This document shows, one piece after another, positions 32,313-42,106 of a stretch of DNA of 44,273 bases. The stretch covers positions 1 to 44,273 of IMG/VR virus record IMGVR_UViG_3300010362_000036. The stretch is one strand, 5' to 3'. A program made the translations under genes and the position numbers. The stretch comes from a virus (taxonomy: Duplodnaviria; Caudoviricetes). Below the pieces are notes generated by a model. It was not told the DNA's origin. It worked only from the letters and a program-made list of their open reading frames with translations, and ran no database searches. Position 1 is the stretch's first letter. Each line of letters starts with the position of its first letter.

Positions 32313-33099
32313 CGTTCAACGCCGGTGGATAGTCACTGAAGTCCGGCTCCGCCGCCGTCGGCAGCGCCGTCCGTGCTGGTTTCTTCGTCGCGGTCGTCCC
32401 GAGCGATTGATCCATCAACACGGTCGCGATGTCCTCCGCCAAGTCGGCGAACTTTTTCACGCGCGCGGGATCCTTCGGGTCGCGACACCACTTGAGTAAT
32501 TTCTTAAGTTCGTCTGCCGTGCGGTCGCCGATGCGCACGCCCTTGAAATCGCCGAACGGCATCGGGTGGTCCGCTGGCGTGCCGGTCCAGCCGTGCCGCT
32601 GCGTCGCGGCGCTGGCCTTCTTACCAGGCGACGGCGAGGGCGGCGCGCCGTACGGGTCATCGAAGGCCGCGTTCACCTGGTCGCGCACCGACGCGGCCTT
32701 GGGCGGCACCGCCGCGTTCCCATCATCGTCATCGTCGCACACGATGCAAAGGAGGCCCGCCGTCGAATACCGCCGACCGTAGGTCAACGCCGCTCCCGCG
32801 CCCTGCGCATCCCGTTTCGCGAGCGGGATGTAGACCGTGCTCGTCATCGATTCCCCGGTCTTGTAGATGAGACGCGCCCGCACGAAGAGCGCACTCCCGT
32901 CCTCGCTCGGCTCCGCGTCCTGCGTGAGCGCGCAGTCGTGATCCGCGCACGTCCCGCGCACCGTGTCGTAGATCGCATCCAGGCTCGCGTACTTCCGATT
33001 GCCGAATTGCGAATTCTTTGAATCCTTGATGACCGGACGCAGGGCCTTCTGGAGCGCGATGAACGCCGCTGCGAATTCGGGACTCACGATGAGATTCAT
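32284..33099 (-). CDS. erf: ERF-family ssDNA annealing protein
   Basis: KNSQF...KYASLDAI and AQGAGAALTYGRRY; C-terminal MPFG.FKG module and DLPF tail. Confidence 0.9.
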   Translation of the reverse strand: MNLIVSPEFAAAFIALQKALRPVIKDSKNSQFGNRKYASLDAIYDTVRGTCADHDCALTQDAEPSEDGSALFVRARLIYKTGESMTSTVYIPLAKRDAQGAGAALTYGRRYSTAGLLCIVCDDDDDGNAAVPPKAASVRDQVNAAFDDPYGAPPSPSPGKKASAATQRHGWTGTPADHPMPFGDFKGVRIGDRTADELKKLLKWCRDPKDPARVKKFADLAEDIATVLMDQSLGTTATKKPARTALPTAAEPDFSDYPPALNDEDQSDLPF

Positions 33100-33371
33100 C
33101 GTGCACCTCCGCGTTCGGTTCGGCTGGCCTGCTCGCGCTCCAGGCGCGCGCCCAGAAGCGCGATCGTATCGCGCCCATGACCGAACCAGGTGGATATGAG
33201 TTTTTCGATTTCGAGCTCGACGCGCTCGCTCGTTAGCCCCGCCAGGACGTGGTAAACGTGAGATTTATTATGCCCATGACTGGCCGCCCAGTTGCCGATC
33301 GATTCATGACCGGAGAGCAGAATCGCGCAGCGAAAGAGAATCCCGCGCTGTTGCTTCGTGATGCCCTGCAT
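33096..33371 (-). CDS. Cro-like HTH protein
   Basis: SIGNWAASHGHNKSHVYHVLAG..SER; first gene of the operon. Confidence 0.55.
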   Translation of the reverse strand: MQGITKQQRGILFRCAILLSGHESIGNWAASHGHNKSHVYHVLAGLTSERVELEIEKLISTWFGHGRDTIALLGARLEREQASRTERGGAR

Positions 33372-33824
33372 CGTGGTGGAGCGCCCCGGCGCGCCTGCAG
33401 AACGTGGTGAATGAACACACGGTTCTTCGCCGTCTCCTCGCGACAGCATCGTGAGCGAGAGGCCGACATCGTACGAATTCCAGGGCAGCAAAGTCAATGG
33501 CCAGATCCGGCGCCGTCGATTCACGCGGACACACCGGAGCGAGGCAGAACTTGCGCGCTCCGGTGCGACACTTGAGAGATCTCTAAGGGGTTCCAAAACG
33601 CGACCAATGCCACTTGCCTATGATCGCGGCGCGATCAGATTTAGAGATCGGTCACGACGTGGATTTTCCCAAGTGTGCACACGGTGCGTACATCAGTCCG
33701 GCATTTGTTACCCTAAAGTCCAACACGATCCCGGGGATCCCCCTATTGATTCCCATTTTCCCAGTGCTATGGGAACCCGGCCCTAGCGGAGCGATTCGTC
33801 CCCATCGCCATCCCATGGGACCCG

Positions 33825-33833
33825 TGCTATCTT
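33825..33833 (+). promoter_or_regulatory. Extended -10 promoter for a leaderless gene
   Basis: TG-C-TATCTT ends 5 nt before the ATG at 33839. Confidence 0.5.
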
Positions 33834-33838
33834 TCGGC

Positions 33839-33985
33839 ATGGCATGGTTACTCTTCCTCATCGTTTTCGTGATAGTCCCGGTGCTCGTGGCAATTAAAGA
33901 TGCCGGGCTGTGGGATCTCCCGCGCATCAAACGGGAGCGCGAGGAAAAGCGCGATCGCTGGAGCGACTACAGTCGTCGCTGGTAG
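33839..33985 (+). CDS. 48-aa single-TM protein (superinfection-exclusion candidate)
   Basis: MAWLLFLIVFVIVPVLVAIK plus a charged tail; convergent with the last ejection gene. Confidence 0.55.
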   Translation: MAWLLFLIVFVIVPVLVAIKDAGLWDLPRIKREREEKRDRWSDYSRRW

Positions 33986-35974
33986 CTAGCGCGGCTGCCG
34001 GAGCCGATCACGCTCCGAGAGCGCGGCGTTCGCGGCGGCATTCACACCGCCCAGGAAGCGCAGGAGCGACGGCGTCGAGAGCGGATCGAGCACCTTTCTC
34101 AGCGCGTGCACGCGCGCTGCCGGTGTGACCAACGGCGTCAGCGCTCCGACGACAGCGCCGACTTTCCCGCCGGTGAGGAAGCCGAGCCCCGGCGACAACA
34201 ACCCACCCGCGCGCACCGCTCGACTGCCCGCGCCCGGTGACGCCTTGAGCGCGGCATTCAACAACGCCTCCGTCTGCGTCGGGGTCGCCGTCTGCGCCCA
34301 TTCGGTGATCGCCTCAATTGAGAGATCCTTCAAGTCCTTCTCGCTCGGCGATCGCCCAGCTGCGCGGGCGAACGCGCGGCCCCGCTTCGCGGCAGCCTGA
34401 AGACCCGCGACCTCTCCTGCCGTCTCGAAGGCGTGGCGGTACTGGCCGGAGAACAATGACGGGACCACTTCCGCCGGGGCCGTCTGCACGCGCATCGCTG
34501 GCGTCTCGATCCGTGAGCCAGGAATCACCTCGGCGGGACGCCCCGCCATCACGAACGCAGGTTTCGCGGCGATCTCCGGTCGCACGACCTCCGGCGGCTG
34601 AGCGCGCAGCACAAACCCCGGGCCACCCGGGCCGTGCATCCCGAGCGGCGCATCGGGGAACGCACGCAGCAAGTCGCGCGTCGAGGGCGGCGGCGCCTGC
34701 GTGTACATCGACAGCGGCTCCTGGCGAATGGGACCAGCGATCGTCTCCTCTCGCCCCGGCAACACTTGGCCGCGCTGCCCGCCTTGCATCGGACCCAGCA
34801 TCTCCCGTCGCCCAGGATCTTTGACGACGGGCTCCGTCACGTGCACTTGCGCAGGCACATCGAACATGATCGGCGGCTTCACGCCCGACGACTCCATCAA
34901 GTTGATGAGCTGCGCGCGGCGACCGAGTACGTGCTGCTTGGCGTAGCGACCGACGTTCGCCTTCGATGGCTCGACTTGCGCCAGTCCCTTCTCCAACTGC
35001 CGCGCGTCGTCACCCATCGACTTGACCAGCGCATCGAGCATGCGCGGGTTGTCCGCTGCGACTCCCTGGAAGCCCTTCTCGCGCAGCGCGGCGATACGCT
35101 GCGCGATGTCCGGCTCGCGCAAGAACGCCTTGAGCTCCGGTGTCACACCGAACACTTCGCGGTTGCGCGCAGCGGTGGCCAGCGCTTGGTCGTAGAGCGG
35201 GCCCACCGCCTTCTGCTGGGCGCGCATGGTGGCATACTGCTTCCCGAGCGTGGGTATCCCGCCCAGCGCTTCCGGGAGCAGCGCGCGCCCCGTCGCGCCG
35301 AGCGTCTTCGCGAAATCGCCGATCTCGCCGACTCCGACGCTGAGCAGTCCACCGAGCGGCGCGGCAATGGCTGCCTCGGTTGCGCGTTCTTTAATGCCCT
35401 TGTTCGGCGCCGCGCTGAGCAAGGGATCGGCGGCACTCAGCGCCGCTCCCGCGACTGCGGTCTGAGCGCGCGGCGAAAGCGCTGCCCACGCAGCTCGCGC
35501 GGCAGCGGGAGTCTTTCCAAGCAACCTGGCGGCGGCGGGCACCTCGGCAATCGCCTTCGCGCCGATCACCTCCGGCAAGAGGAGCGCAGCACCGGCGATC
35601 TGCTCGCCGAAGCGCAGGGCGGGCGAGATTTTCTTCTTATCCTCCTCCAGTCGCTGATAGGCTTCGGTCCACGTGAGCGGTTTGTCGAAGCCCGCACCCG
35701 GCAGGCGACTCGAGCCCACCATCAAGGCGGTGAGCGCACTCTCCGCACCAGGGAGACCCTGCACGGCATTCGTGACATGGCGTCCGACTTTCGTGATGAC
35801 ATCTTCGTCGTCACCCCACGAGCCGCTCGTGCCGCGTGCCGGACCACTGAAGGCCGAGCCCTTCGACTCATTGAGAATGTTGTCGAGCGCATCGCCCCCG
35901 CGTGCACCGGGCGCGGGCTCGTTCAGAATTTCATCAAGCGCGTCTCGCCGCTGCGGACGAACCGGTGCCGTCAT
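33986..35974 (-). CDS. Internal virion/DNA ejection protein
   Basis: Ala/Gly-rich helical protein, DALDEIL N-terminal repeats, last late gene. Confidence 0.65.
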   Translation of the reverse strand: MTAPVRPQRRDALDEILNEPAPGARGGDALDNILNESKGSAFSGPARGTSGSWGDDEDVITKVGRHVTNAVQGLPGAESALTALMVGSSRLPGAGFDKPLTWTEAYQRLEEDKKKISPALRFGEQIAGAALLLPEVIGAKAIAEVPAAARLLGKTPAAARAAWAALSPRAQTAVAGAALSAADPLLSAAPNKGIKERATEAAIAAPLGGLLSVGVGEIGDFAKTLGATGRALLPEALGGIPTLGKQYATMRAQQKAVGPLYDQALATAARNREVFGVTPELKAFLREPDIAQRIAALREKGFQGVAADNPRMLDALVKSMGDDARQLEKGLAQVEPSKANVGRYAKQHVLGRRAQLINLMESSGVKPPIMFDVPAQVHVTEPVVKDPGRREMLGPMQGGQRGQVLPGREETIAGPIRQEPLSMYTQAPPPSTRDLLRAFPDAPLGMHGPGGPGFVLRAQPPEVVRPEIAAKPAFVMAGRPAEVIPGSRIETPAMRVQTAPAEVVPSLFSGQYRHAFETAGEVAGLQAAAKRGRAFARAAGRSPSEKDLKDLSIEAITEWAQTATPTQTEALLNAALKASPGAGSRAVRAGGLLSPGLGFLTGGKVGAVVGALTPLVTPAARVHALRKVLDPLSTPSLLRFLGGVNAAANAALSERDRLRQPR

Positions 35975-37179
35975 CGCCGCCGTCCCGTGCTCGGATCCCA
36001 GCCCTCCGCCTGCAGCGTGGCGCGAATCTGTTGCGCCGAGACACCCGATGCTTTGAGCGCACTCGCGCGCGCACGGAACGCCGGATCGGGACCCGTGGCG
36101 CCAGCGGGAGCCGGAGTGAGATGCACCCCTGCCGGAGAGGTCGTCGTCGGCGCGAGCGACGTTCCGCCACCAGCCCCCTCAGGATTGAAGCCATAGTTCC
36201 TGAGAATCTCTGCTGCCTCGGCACCACGTCCGGTGAGTTGGAACTGTCCCGCCAGGAAGAGTTGCCGCGCGCGCGCTTTCTGGGCGAGCGTGCCTTGGTC
36301 GTCACCCAGTTCGGGAATGTAGACGCCGAAGAGGCGCTGGAACTCTGTGTCCGTGATCGCCTTTCCAGATTTCACATACACGACATTGGTGATGAACTGC
36401 CGCGCCTGTTGTTCGAACTGGCGGCCCTGCTCCGTCTTGAGATAGTTGCCGACGAGCGGGATATCGCTGAACATCCGCGACATGAGATCTGGAGTGATGG
36501 CATCGAGCGCCAGCGCCGCTTGCTCGATCTCCGGCTGCATCGCTTTGGCCTGCGCGATCGCTGCGCCACCTGCACCACCAACGCCAGTAGGAGGACGATG
36601 CTCTAAGAGCCACCGTGCATTGGCCCGATTCAGATCTCCCTGCGTCGCGGTCGCGGCGATCTGCTCTCGCGTTCTGGTGTTTTGGCCCGACTGCCGGAGT
36701 TGCTCCTGTGCCAAATCTGCGGTGTCTTTCGCTGCCGCCGTCGCCTGGCCCAGCGTCGCCGTATATCCAGCGCCAAGCACATCGTACGCTTTGTTGATGT
36801 CGCCGCCCTGTTCCTTGATGACCTGCATCGCGTGCACTGCGCGCGGGTCCCCCGGGAATGCGGTGACGAATCCCTGCAAATCTCTAATCCCTTGCGCGCG
36901 GTCCTTCGCCGCTGCCACCGCCGTCTGCGACGTTGTCGTCGCCTGGCCCGTCGCGGCGATCCGCGCGAGCTCGTTCGTTTGCTGATTCACTTCGTTCGCC
37001 GTCTGCGCCGCCTTGTAGGCGATCTCCGCTTCAGTCTTCCGCTTCTCTAAAAACGCTTTCGCGGCGGCGGCAGCAGCGGCCTGCTGTTCCCGGATGGTGT
37101 CCGCTTGCCCTTGCCGCTGCGCTGCCAGCACCTGTGTCCCCACGTTGAGCGCGGGGCTCAGCCAGTCGAGGAGTCCCAT
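35971..37179 (-). CDS. Internal virion/DNA ejection protein
   Basis: Ala/Gln-rich; SGKAITDTE...YIPELGDD..TLAQK motif typical of podovirus ejection proteins. Confidence 0.65.
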   Translation of the reverse strand: MGLLDWLSPALNVGTQVLAAQRQGQADTIREQQAAAAAAAKAFLEKRKTEAEIAYKAAQTANEVNQQTNELARIAATGQATTTSQTAVAAAKDRAQGIRDLQGFVTAFPGDPRAVHAMQVIKEQGGDINKAYDVLGAGYTATLGQATAAAKDTADLAQEQLRQSGQNTRTREQIAATATQGDLNRANARWLLEHRPPTGVGGAGGAAIAQAKAMQPEIEQAALALDAITPDLMSRMFSDIPLVGNYLKTEQGRQFEQQARQFITNVVYVKSGKAITDTEFQRLFGVYIPELGDDQGTLAQKARARQLFLAGQFQLTGRGAEAAEILRNYGFNPEGAGGGTSLAPTTTSPAGVHLTPAPAGATGPDPAFRARASALKASGVSAQQIRATLQAEGWDPSTGRRR

Positions 37180-37976
37180 CAGAAGCTCGTGTTCGGATAG
37201 GCGGGCTGCCGCGCGCCCGTGGGATAGTTATACGGCGACGTGGGGAACAGGCTGCTCCAGTCGAAGGTGGTCGTCGGCGATGGGTTCAGGACATTGGCGG
37301 GCAGCGTGGCAGGGGTGCCCGTCCGCGCCGCGTTCAACCCTTGCTGGGCCTTCATGAGGTCAAGCAAACTCTGAATGCCGCCCTGCTGGCCAAGGATCTG
37401 CGCCTGCAGCAACTGCGCGTCGTACGGATTCCCGGACTGGCCCGCGATGTTCTGCTGGTACGCGCGATTGAACGCGGAGTTCGTGAGCTGGTCCTGGGTC
37501 TGGATCCCCGTGATCGCCTGGTTGAATGCTTGGTTCTGCGCGCCTTCCTGGAACGCCCGCTCGGCCAAGAGATTATTAAAGTTCTGTTGCGCATCCTGGA
37601 CGCTGCCCAGGAGCGCATTCTGGAAGAGTGTGTCGCGCGAGGTCTGCAGCTGCTGATTGCGCTGGTTGGCGAGATCGCCGAACGACGTGCGGAGCATGCC
37701 CGAGCCCAAGCGCCCCGTCGCAGCGGCAGCGCGGTTGGCGTCGCGCAGCGCGGCATCAAACGCGGACTGCGTCGAGTTGGCGAACGTGCCGAACTGCTGG
37801 CCCGCCAGCTTGAAGCGATCGACCGACGCCCCCGGCGTGATCTGCTGACCGCGCAGATCATTCTTCGGATCCAGTGGCGTCATCACCGGCATGAGCCCAC
37901 TGCCCGGCGCCTGCTGGAAGGCCATCGGATCGATGTTCGGCTGATAGGCCGACGCGGGCTGAATCGTCGTAGCCAT
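37179..37976 (-). CDS. Internal virion/pilot protein
   Basis: Gln/Asn/Ala-rich; AAATGRLGSG motif. Confidence 0.6.
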   Translation of the reverse strand: MATTIQPASAYQPNIDPMAFQQAPGSGLMPVMTPLDPKNDLRGQQITPGASVDRFKLAGQQFGTFANSTQSAFDAALRDANRAAAATGRLGSGMLRTSFGDLANQRNQQLQTSRDTLFQNALLGSVQDAQQNFNNLLAERAFQEGAQNQAFNQAITGIQTQDQLTNSAFNRAYQQNIAGQSGNPYDAQLLQAQILGQQGGIQSLLDLMKAQQGLNAARTGTPATLPANVLNPSPTTTFDWSSLFPTSPYNYPTGARQPAYPNTSF

Positions 37977-38809
37977 TAGCTCACCCTCGCTGGCGCGGTC
38001 GCCGAGCCGACACCGGTGTATCGGGCGGCAGGCGCGATCGCAGGCAGTCCTTGCGCATACGGTCCCGCGTTCACGAGCAGCGTGCTGATATCAGGCGTGA
38101 TTGGATTCACCATGCCCTCGATCCCCGCCGTCCGCAGGCGCGCGCGCTCCGCATAGTTTTGTTCCAGTCCTTTAATCGCTCGCTTCGCGGCGTCACTCGC
38201 TTGCTTCTGCTGGTAGATCGAGTTGAGCGCTTGTGCGAGCCCGAGCGCGTTCGCGCCACTATTGCCGGTGAGCCAGCCCAGGGCGCGCTGGAGGATGTTT
38301 TTACTGCCCGCGCTGCCCGCGCCCCCGGCGCTCGTGCCGAGTCCGAGCGCATCGCCGACGTAGTTGCCCACGCGCTCGACGCCGCCGGGCACGCCCTTGA
38401 TGATGTCGGTCGCAGTCTGCAGCCCACCCGGGCCCGCGATACCCGTCGTTCCTGGCGCGACATTCCCGGCAATCGTGCCAGCGGCAGTACCGCCACCACC
38501 TCGCAGCAGGCCCGCGAGCCCGCTCGCGAGCGCGCCCTCGGCACCGCCAGTCAATGCGCCGCGCGCGGCATCGCCAATGTTGCCACCTGGAGAGATGAGC
38601 TCACCGATGCCCTTCGTTCCCGCCATGATCGCGGCTGCCGCCGGAGCGCCAACGCCCGTGAGCGCGAGCACACCCGCGAGCCCCGCATCCACGAGCGGGT
38701 TCGTCGCCACGCGCCCGAGTGCGTGCCCCGTTTCCTTCAGCGCCCGCCCCGACGTGATGTCATTGATCGAGTTGATGTGGATCCCCAGCCGATCGGAGAG
38801 CCAACTCAT
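37976..38809 (-). CDS. Internal virion protein (Gly/Ala-rich, hydrophobic)
   Basis: First of four ejection-type genes after the gp10-like gene. Confidence 0.6.
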   Translation of the reverse strand: MSWLSDRLGIHINSINDITSGRALKETGHALGRVATNPLVDAGLAGVLALTGVGAPAAAAIMAGTKGIGELISPGGNIGDAARGALTGGAEGALASGLAGLLRGGGGTAAGTIAGNVAPGTTGIAGPGGLQTATDIIKGVPGGVERVGNYVGDALGLGTSAGGAGSAGSKNILQRALGWLTGNSGANALGLAQALNSIYQQKQASDAAKRAIKGLEQNYAERARLRTAGIEGMVNPITPDISTLLVNAGPYAQGLPAIAPAARYTGVGSATAPARVS

Positions 38810-38824
38810 GAGCGTATCCTCATA

Positions 38825-39211
38825 TCAGAACGTGGCGGTTCGAAACCAGCCGGATTCATCGGCGAAGAGTTGCATGCCGTGGTATTGGCCGACGATCGTC
38901 GGATTCACGACGCCGTCGACCGTGCCGATGAGCGTCACCGTGTTCGCGCTGGCATCGACGCGCTTGATCGTGAGCACCAGGCCGTGCACGCGACTGGGGT
39001 CGGGCAGATTGATCGTCACCGCCGCCGTCGCGTTCACGAGCAGCACGGAGTCCTGGACCGTCGCCGTGTATTGTCCGCTGGTGATGTGAATGATTCGGGA
39101 CGGTAGGATCGCCCGCTGGATGTTGCCCAACTCCGTCGACCACCACCCGCTGTTCCAGAGATCCGGTACATCGCGCTTCGCGTACGGCGGTCGAGCCCAG
39201 ATGCGTGCCAC
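38825..39211 (-). CDS. Tail tip/needle-like protein
   Basis: GTG start overlapping the upstream TAG; VTINLP...LTIKRVD...VTL domain common in tail proteins. Confidence 0.55.
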   Translation of the reverse strand: MARIWARPPYAKRDVPDLWNSGWWSTELGNIQRAILPSRIIHITSGQYTATVQDSVLLVNATAAVTINLPDPSRVHGLVLTIKRVDASANTVTLIGTVDGVVNPTIVGQYHGMQLFADESGWFRTATF

Positions 39212-40920
39212 TAGGCGTCCTCCGGCCTCGCTTGGCTCGCCGTGGCAACGATCTGAATGCGATTGAGCGCCCACTGCGTGTTCGCATCGAGCACGCGCAC
39301 CTTGACCTCGGTGCCGCGCCCGAAGACGCGACACCCGCACACGAGGCGCCAGGTGCGATCCGCCGACGGCGAGGGCGTTGGTGTGCCTTGCACGACGCCC
39401 GAGACCGTACTCGAAATCATCGACACTTCGAGCGGCGCGGGATTGCCGGTGATCACCGTCGCGCGGTCGACCAGCCAGACGACATCGGCTTGATAGCCGA
39501 GCCGTTGGGTGCGCGCCGTGAGCTCCGGCAGTTGGTCATCATCCAGCCACACGGCGGGCGCACTCTCTGTCATGATGCGGCGCGCGCTGCCTTCGGTCGT
39601 GATGTACGTGACCGGCGCGATGACCTGCGTGGTGAGCGCGCTCGCGAACGTTCCGCGTCCGGCGTTGAACGACCACACATAGCCGTTCGCCACTCCAGGG
39701 CCACCCGAGTCCTTCGTGCCCAGCACGATGAGCCGCGCGCCGCCGAACGAATCGAGGAACGTGCCCATCGCGTCTATGCCGATGCCATTCGGGCCTTTGA
39801 TGTTCCAGCGCCCGAGATAGATCCCCGAGCGCGCGTCGAAGGCATACATCTGCGTCGGTGGCGTGGCGCTCGCGGGCTCGGGCGACCAGATCGCGACGAG
39901 ATAGAGATTGAGTGTGGGCTCGAAGGCACTCGTCGTCACCGTCTGCGTGGCACTGCCGAAGCCCGTCTGCGCAGCGTCGACTTGCGCGCGCATGTTCAGC
40001 CAGATCGGCTCCGGCACGCCCCCGAGCGCGAGCCGCCACGGGCGACCGATCGCGTCGGTGAAGTAGATGTAATTGCCGAAGAGTTGGATCGACTGCGGCG
40101 CAATCGTGCCGACGTTGAAGCTGATGGCGTCGTGCGTCGAGGTCGTCTGGAGATCGGGACCCACGGCGCCCGCGATGGCGCCGATTGATCGCTGGCGGAA
40201 ATAATACAAGGCGACGTTGGTGCCGACGATTGCATAGATCGGGGAACCGCCCGTCTGCTCCAGCGTCCAGTTATTATCAAAGTTTAATTGCTGCCAGCCG
40301 GTGGCTGGCGTGCCCGGCTCACTCCACGAGAGATCCGACTGGCGCGCCACACCCGCGACTTGCTTGAGCACGGCGAAGAGCGCACCGCCCCAGACCGTGA
40401 TGTCCTGCGCCGCCCACGAGACGCCCGAGCCGTTGTAATCGATCGGCGTCGCCGTGATGGGCGTCGCACTGAGATTACTCGCGATCCATGGACGATTGAC
40501 GCCATCCGAGACGATGAGCGCATCGGCCATCGAGACCATTTTGACCCGCACGCCGTCGGCGCCGCTGATCGGGCTCCCAGCAGGCGTGACGTCGGTGAAG
40601 GTCGCCAGATCATTACTGACCCGGAATAACCGCCCCGCCATAACGAGGAAGTTGTACGCCGTGCCGTCGACCGCGATGTGCGTGTAGACGAGTTGGCCCC
40701 GGAACGGCACCTCGCTGGTGAGGAGCGGCTGCTTGTTGTGCAGCAGCCCGAACCCAGGCCGCGAGAACGCCGCGCTTCCACCCAACGGATCGGGGATGAA
40801 GAGATTTGTCGCGTCGACAAACAGGTCGGGCGTGTCATCAAACGGCTCGACCGTATCGCGCACGCCTTTCCACGTCCCGGCCTGCAATGTCGTGCGGCGG
40901 GGCGTAGCGACGCGAGCCAT
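39211..40920 (-). CDS. Tail tubular/packaged-DNA stabilisation protein (P22 gp10-like)
   Basis: 569 aa, beta-propeller-like (LSWSEPG..TGW, VGTIAPQSI); located after the adaptor. Confidence 0.7.
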   Translation of the reverse strand: MARVATPRRTTLQAGTWKGVRDTVEPFDDTPDLFVDATNLFIPDPLGGSAAFSRPGFGLLHNKQPLLTSEVPFRGQLVYTHIAVDGTAYNFLVMAGRLFRVSNDLATFTDVTPAGSPISGADGVRVKMVSMADALIVSDGVNRPWIASNLSATPITATPIDYNGSGVSWAAQDITVWGGALFAVLKQVAGVARQSDLSWSEPGTPATGWQQLNFDNNWTLEQTGGSPIYAIVGTNVALYYFRQRSIGAIAGAVGPDLQTTSTHDAISFNVGTIAPQSIQLFGNYIYFTDAIGRPWRLALGGVPEPIWLNMRAQVDAAQTGFGSATQTVTTSAFEPTLNLYLVAIWSPEPASATPPTQMYAFDARSGIYLGRWNIKGPNGIGIDAMGTFLDSFGGARLIVLGTKDSGGPGVANGYVWSFNAGRGTFASALTTQVIAPVTYITTEGSARRIMTESAPAVWLDDDQLPELTARTQRLGYQADVVWLVDRATVITGNPAPLEVSMISSTVSGVVQGTPTPSPSADRTWRLVCGCRVFGRGTEVKVRVLDANTQWALNRIQIVATASQARPEDA

Positions 40921-40932
40921 GAGCGTTCTCTA
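40914..40932. repeat. 19-bp direct repeat GAGCCATGAGCGTTCTCTA, copy A
   Basis: Exact copy at 42088-42106; 15-bp core also at 41648-41662. Confidence 0.9.
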
Positions 40933-41652
40933 GATATAGAGTGCTCGTCCTGATCCACCCGGTCCTGACCCGGCGGGTCCACTGCGAATGCGGACGAGTG
41001 AACCCACATCCTGCGAGAACACCAGAATGGCCATAGCCCCGGCCTGCCCGGCGGGGTCATCCACCACGCACTTGATGACGGTGTTGTAGTTCGCGAATTG
41101 GGCGATGAAGCGCCCGCTGATGCCACCGGCATTCACGCTGAGTCCCTGCGACAGCGCATTGGTATTGTTGATTTGCAGCGTGGCGATCTCCGCCGTGTTG
41201 TCTTGCAATGCCATGGATTTCGCGCGGATGGAGCCACCGACGCGGAAGATCTCGCCCGCGTTCGCCGGGTCCGCCCCGACGACGAGCCCGGCGAACGTGT
41301 GCACCACCCCGTTCGCACTCTCGATGTACATCGGCGAGGTGCCCGTGGTGAAATCGCGGAAATTCAGATTCGCGGTGCCGCTCACGAGCATAAGGCCCCA
41401 CTTGGGCGTTCCGGCATTGTCCACCACGATGAGGACCGGACTGTCATCCGTGTTGGGCGATCCCACCGTGAGCGTGCCGTTCACATCCAGATTCCCGCTG
41501 ATCGCGTTGATGGTCATCTGGTTGAACGTGACCTTCTTCGTCGTGCCTTGCGGCGATTCGGACGTATCACTGATGTCGACCATCACCAGGAGGTCGAACG
41601 GCGCGTTGGTTCCGACGAGCGCTGGAAGATTGGCAATCGAGACATCGGCCAT
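40930..41652 (-). CDS. Short fibre, paralog of the N-terminus of 4471-6906
   Basis: MADVSIANLPALVG..DLLVMVDISD.S.SP.GTTKK.TF matches MATVSIANLPAFVG..DLLVMVDISD.S.SP.GTTKKITF. Confidence 0.75.
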   Translation of the reverse strand: MADVSIANLPALVGTNAPFDLLVMVDISDTSESPQGTTKKVTFNQMTINAISGNLDVNGTLTVGSPNTDDSPVLIVVDNAGTPKWGLMLVSGTANLNFRDFTTGTSPMYIESANGVVHTFAGLVVGADPANAGEIFRVGGSIRAKSMALQDNTAEIATLQINNTNALSQGLSVNAGGISGRFIAQFANYNTVIKCVVDDPAGQAGAMAILVFSQDVGSLVRIRSGPAGSGPGGSGRALYI

Positions 41653-41662
41653 GAGCGTTCTC

Positions 41663-42094
41663 CTATGTCGTAATCGCCTGGCCCTCGACGGGCGTCCAGA
41701 ACACCCACGCATCGCCTGCGACGGCGGTGACATCGAGCGCGATCGCGAGGCCGGTCGCCGGGATCTCGATGATGCACGTCCCGGTCAGTGGCGCAGAGGA
41801 CCATACGGGTGGGGAGACGGCGGCACCCGCGTTGTTCAGCTGCACATACGGAATCGGCAGGAACGGCATCGGCGGCACGGGCATGGGCGGCGTGACTGGC
41901 TGGGCCGCCTCTGGGTTCCGCGCGCGCGCGAGCACCGACATGCTGCCTGTGAATCCCGCCTGCGCCCACACACACAGCGTGATGGTCGAGATCTTCCCAT
42001 CATGCGCGTCCCCCAGGATGTAGGTGTTGATTCCCTCGCCCGGCGCGGGCGAGATATGGAACACCTTGCCCTGGTCGCGATAGACAAGAGCCAT
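41663..42094 (-). CDS. Beta-rich virion protein, paralog of 7088-7486
   Basis: Shared motifs as listed for 7088-7486. Confidence 0.65.
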   Translation of the reverse strand: MALVYRDQGKVFHISPAPGEGINTYILGDAHDGKISTITLCVWAQAGFTGSMSVLARARNPEAAQPVTPPMPVPPMPFLPIPYVQLNNAGAAVSPPVWSSAPLTGTCIIEIPATGLAIALDVTAVAGDAWVFWTPVEGQAITT

Positions 42095-42106
42095 GAGCGT
42101 TCTCTA
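42088..42106. repeat. 19-bp direct repeat, copy B
   Basis: Identical to 40914-40932. Confidence 0.9.
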
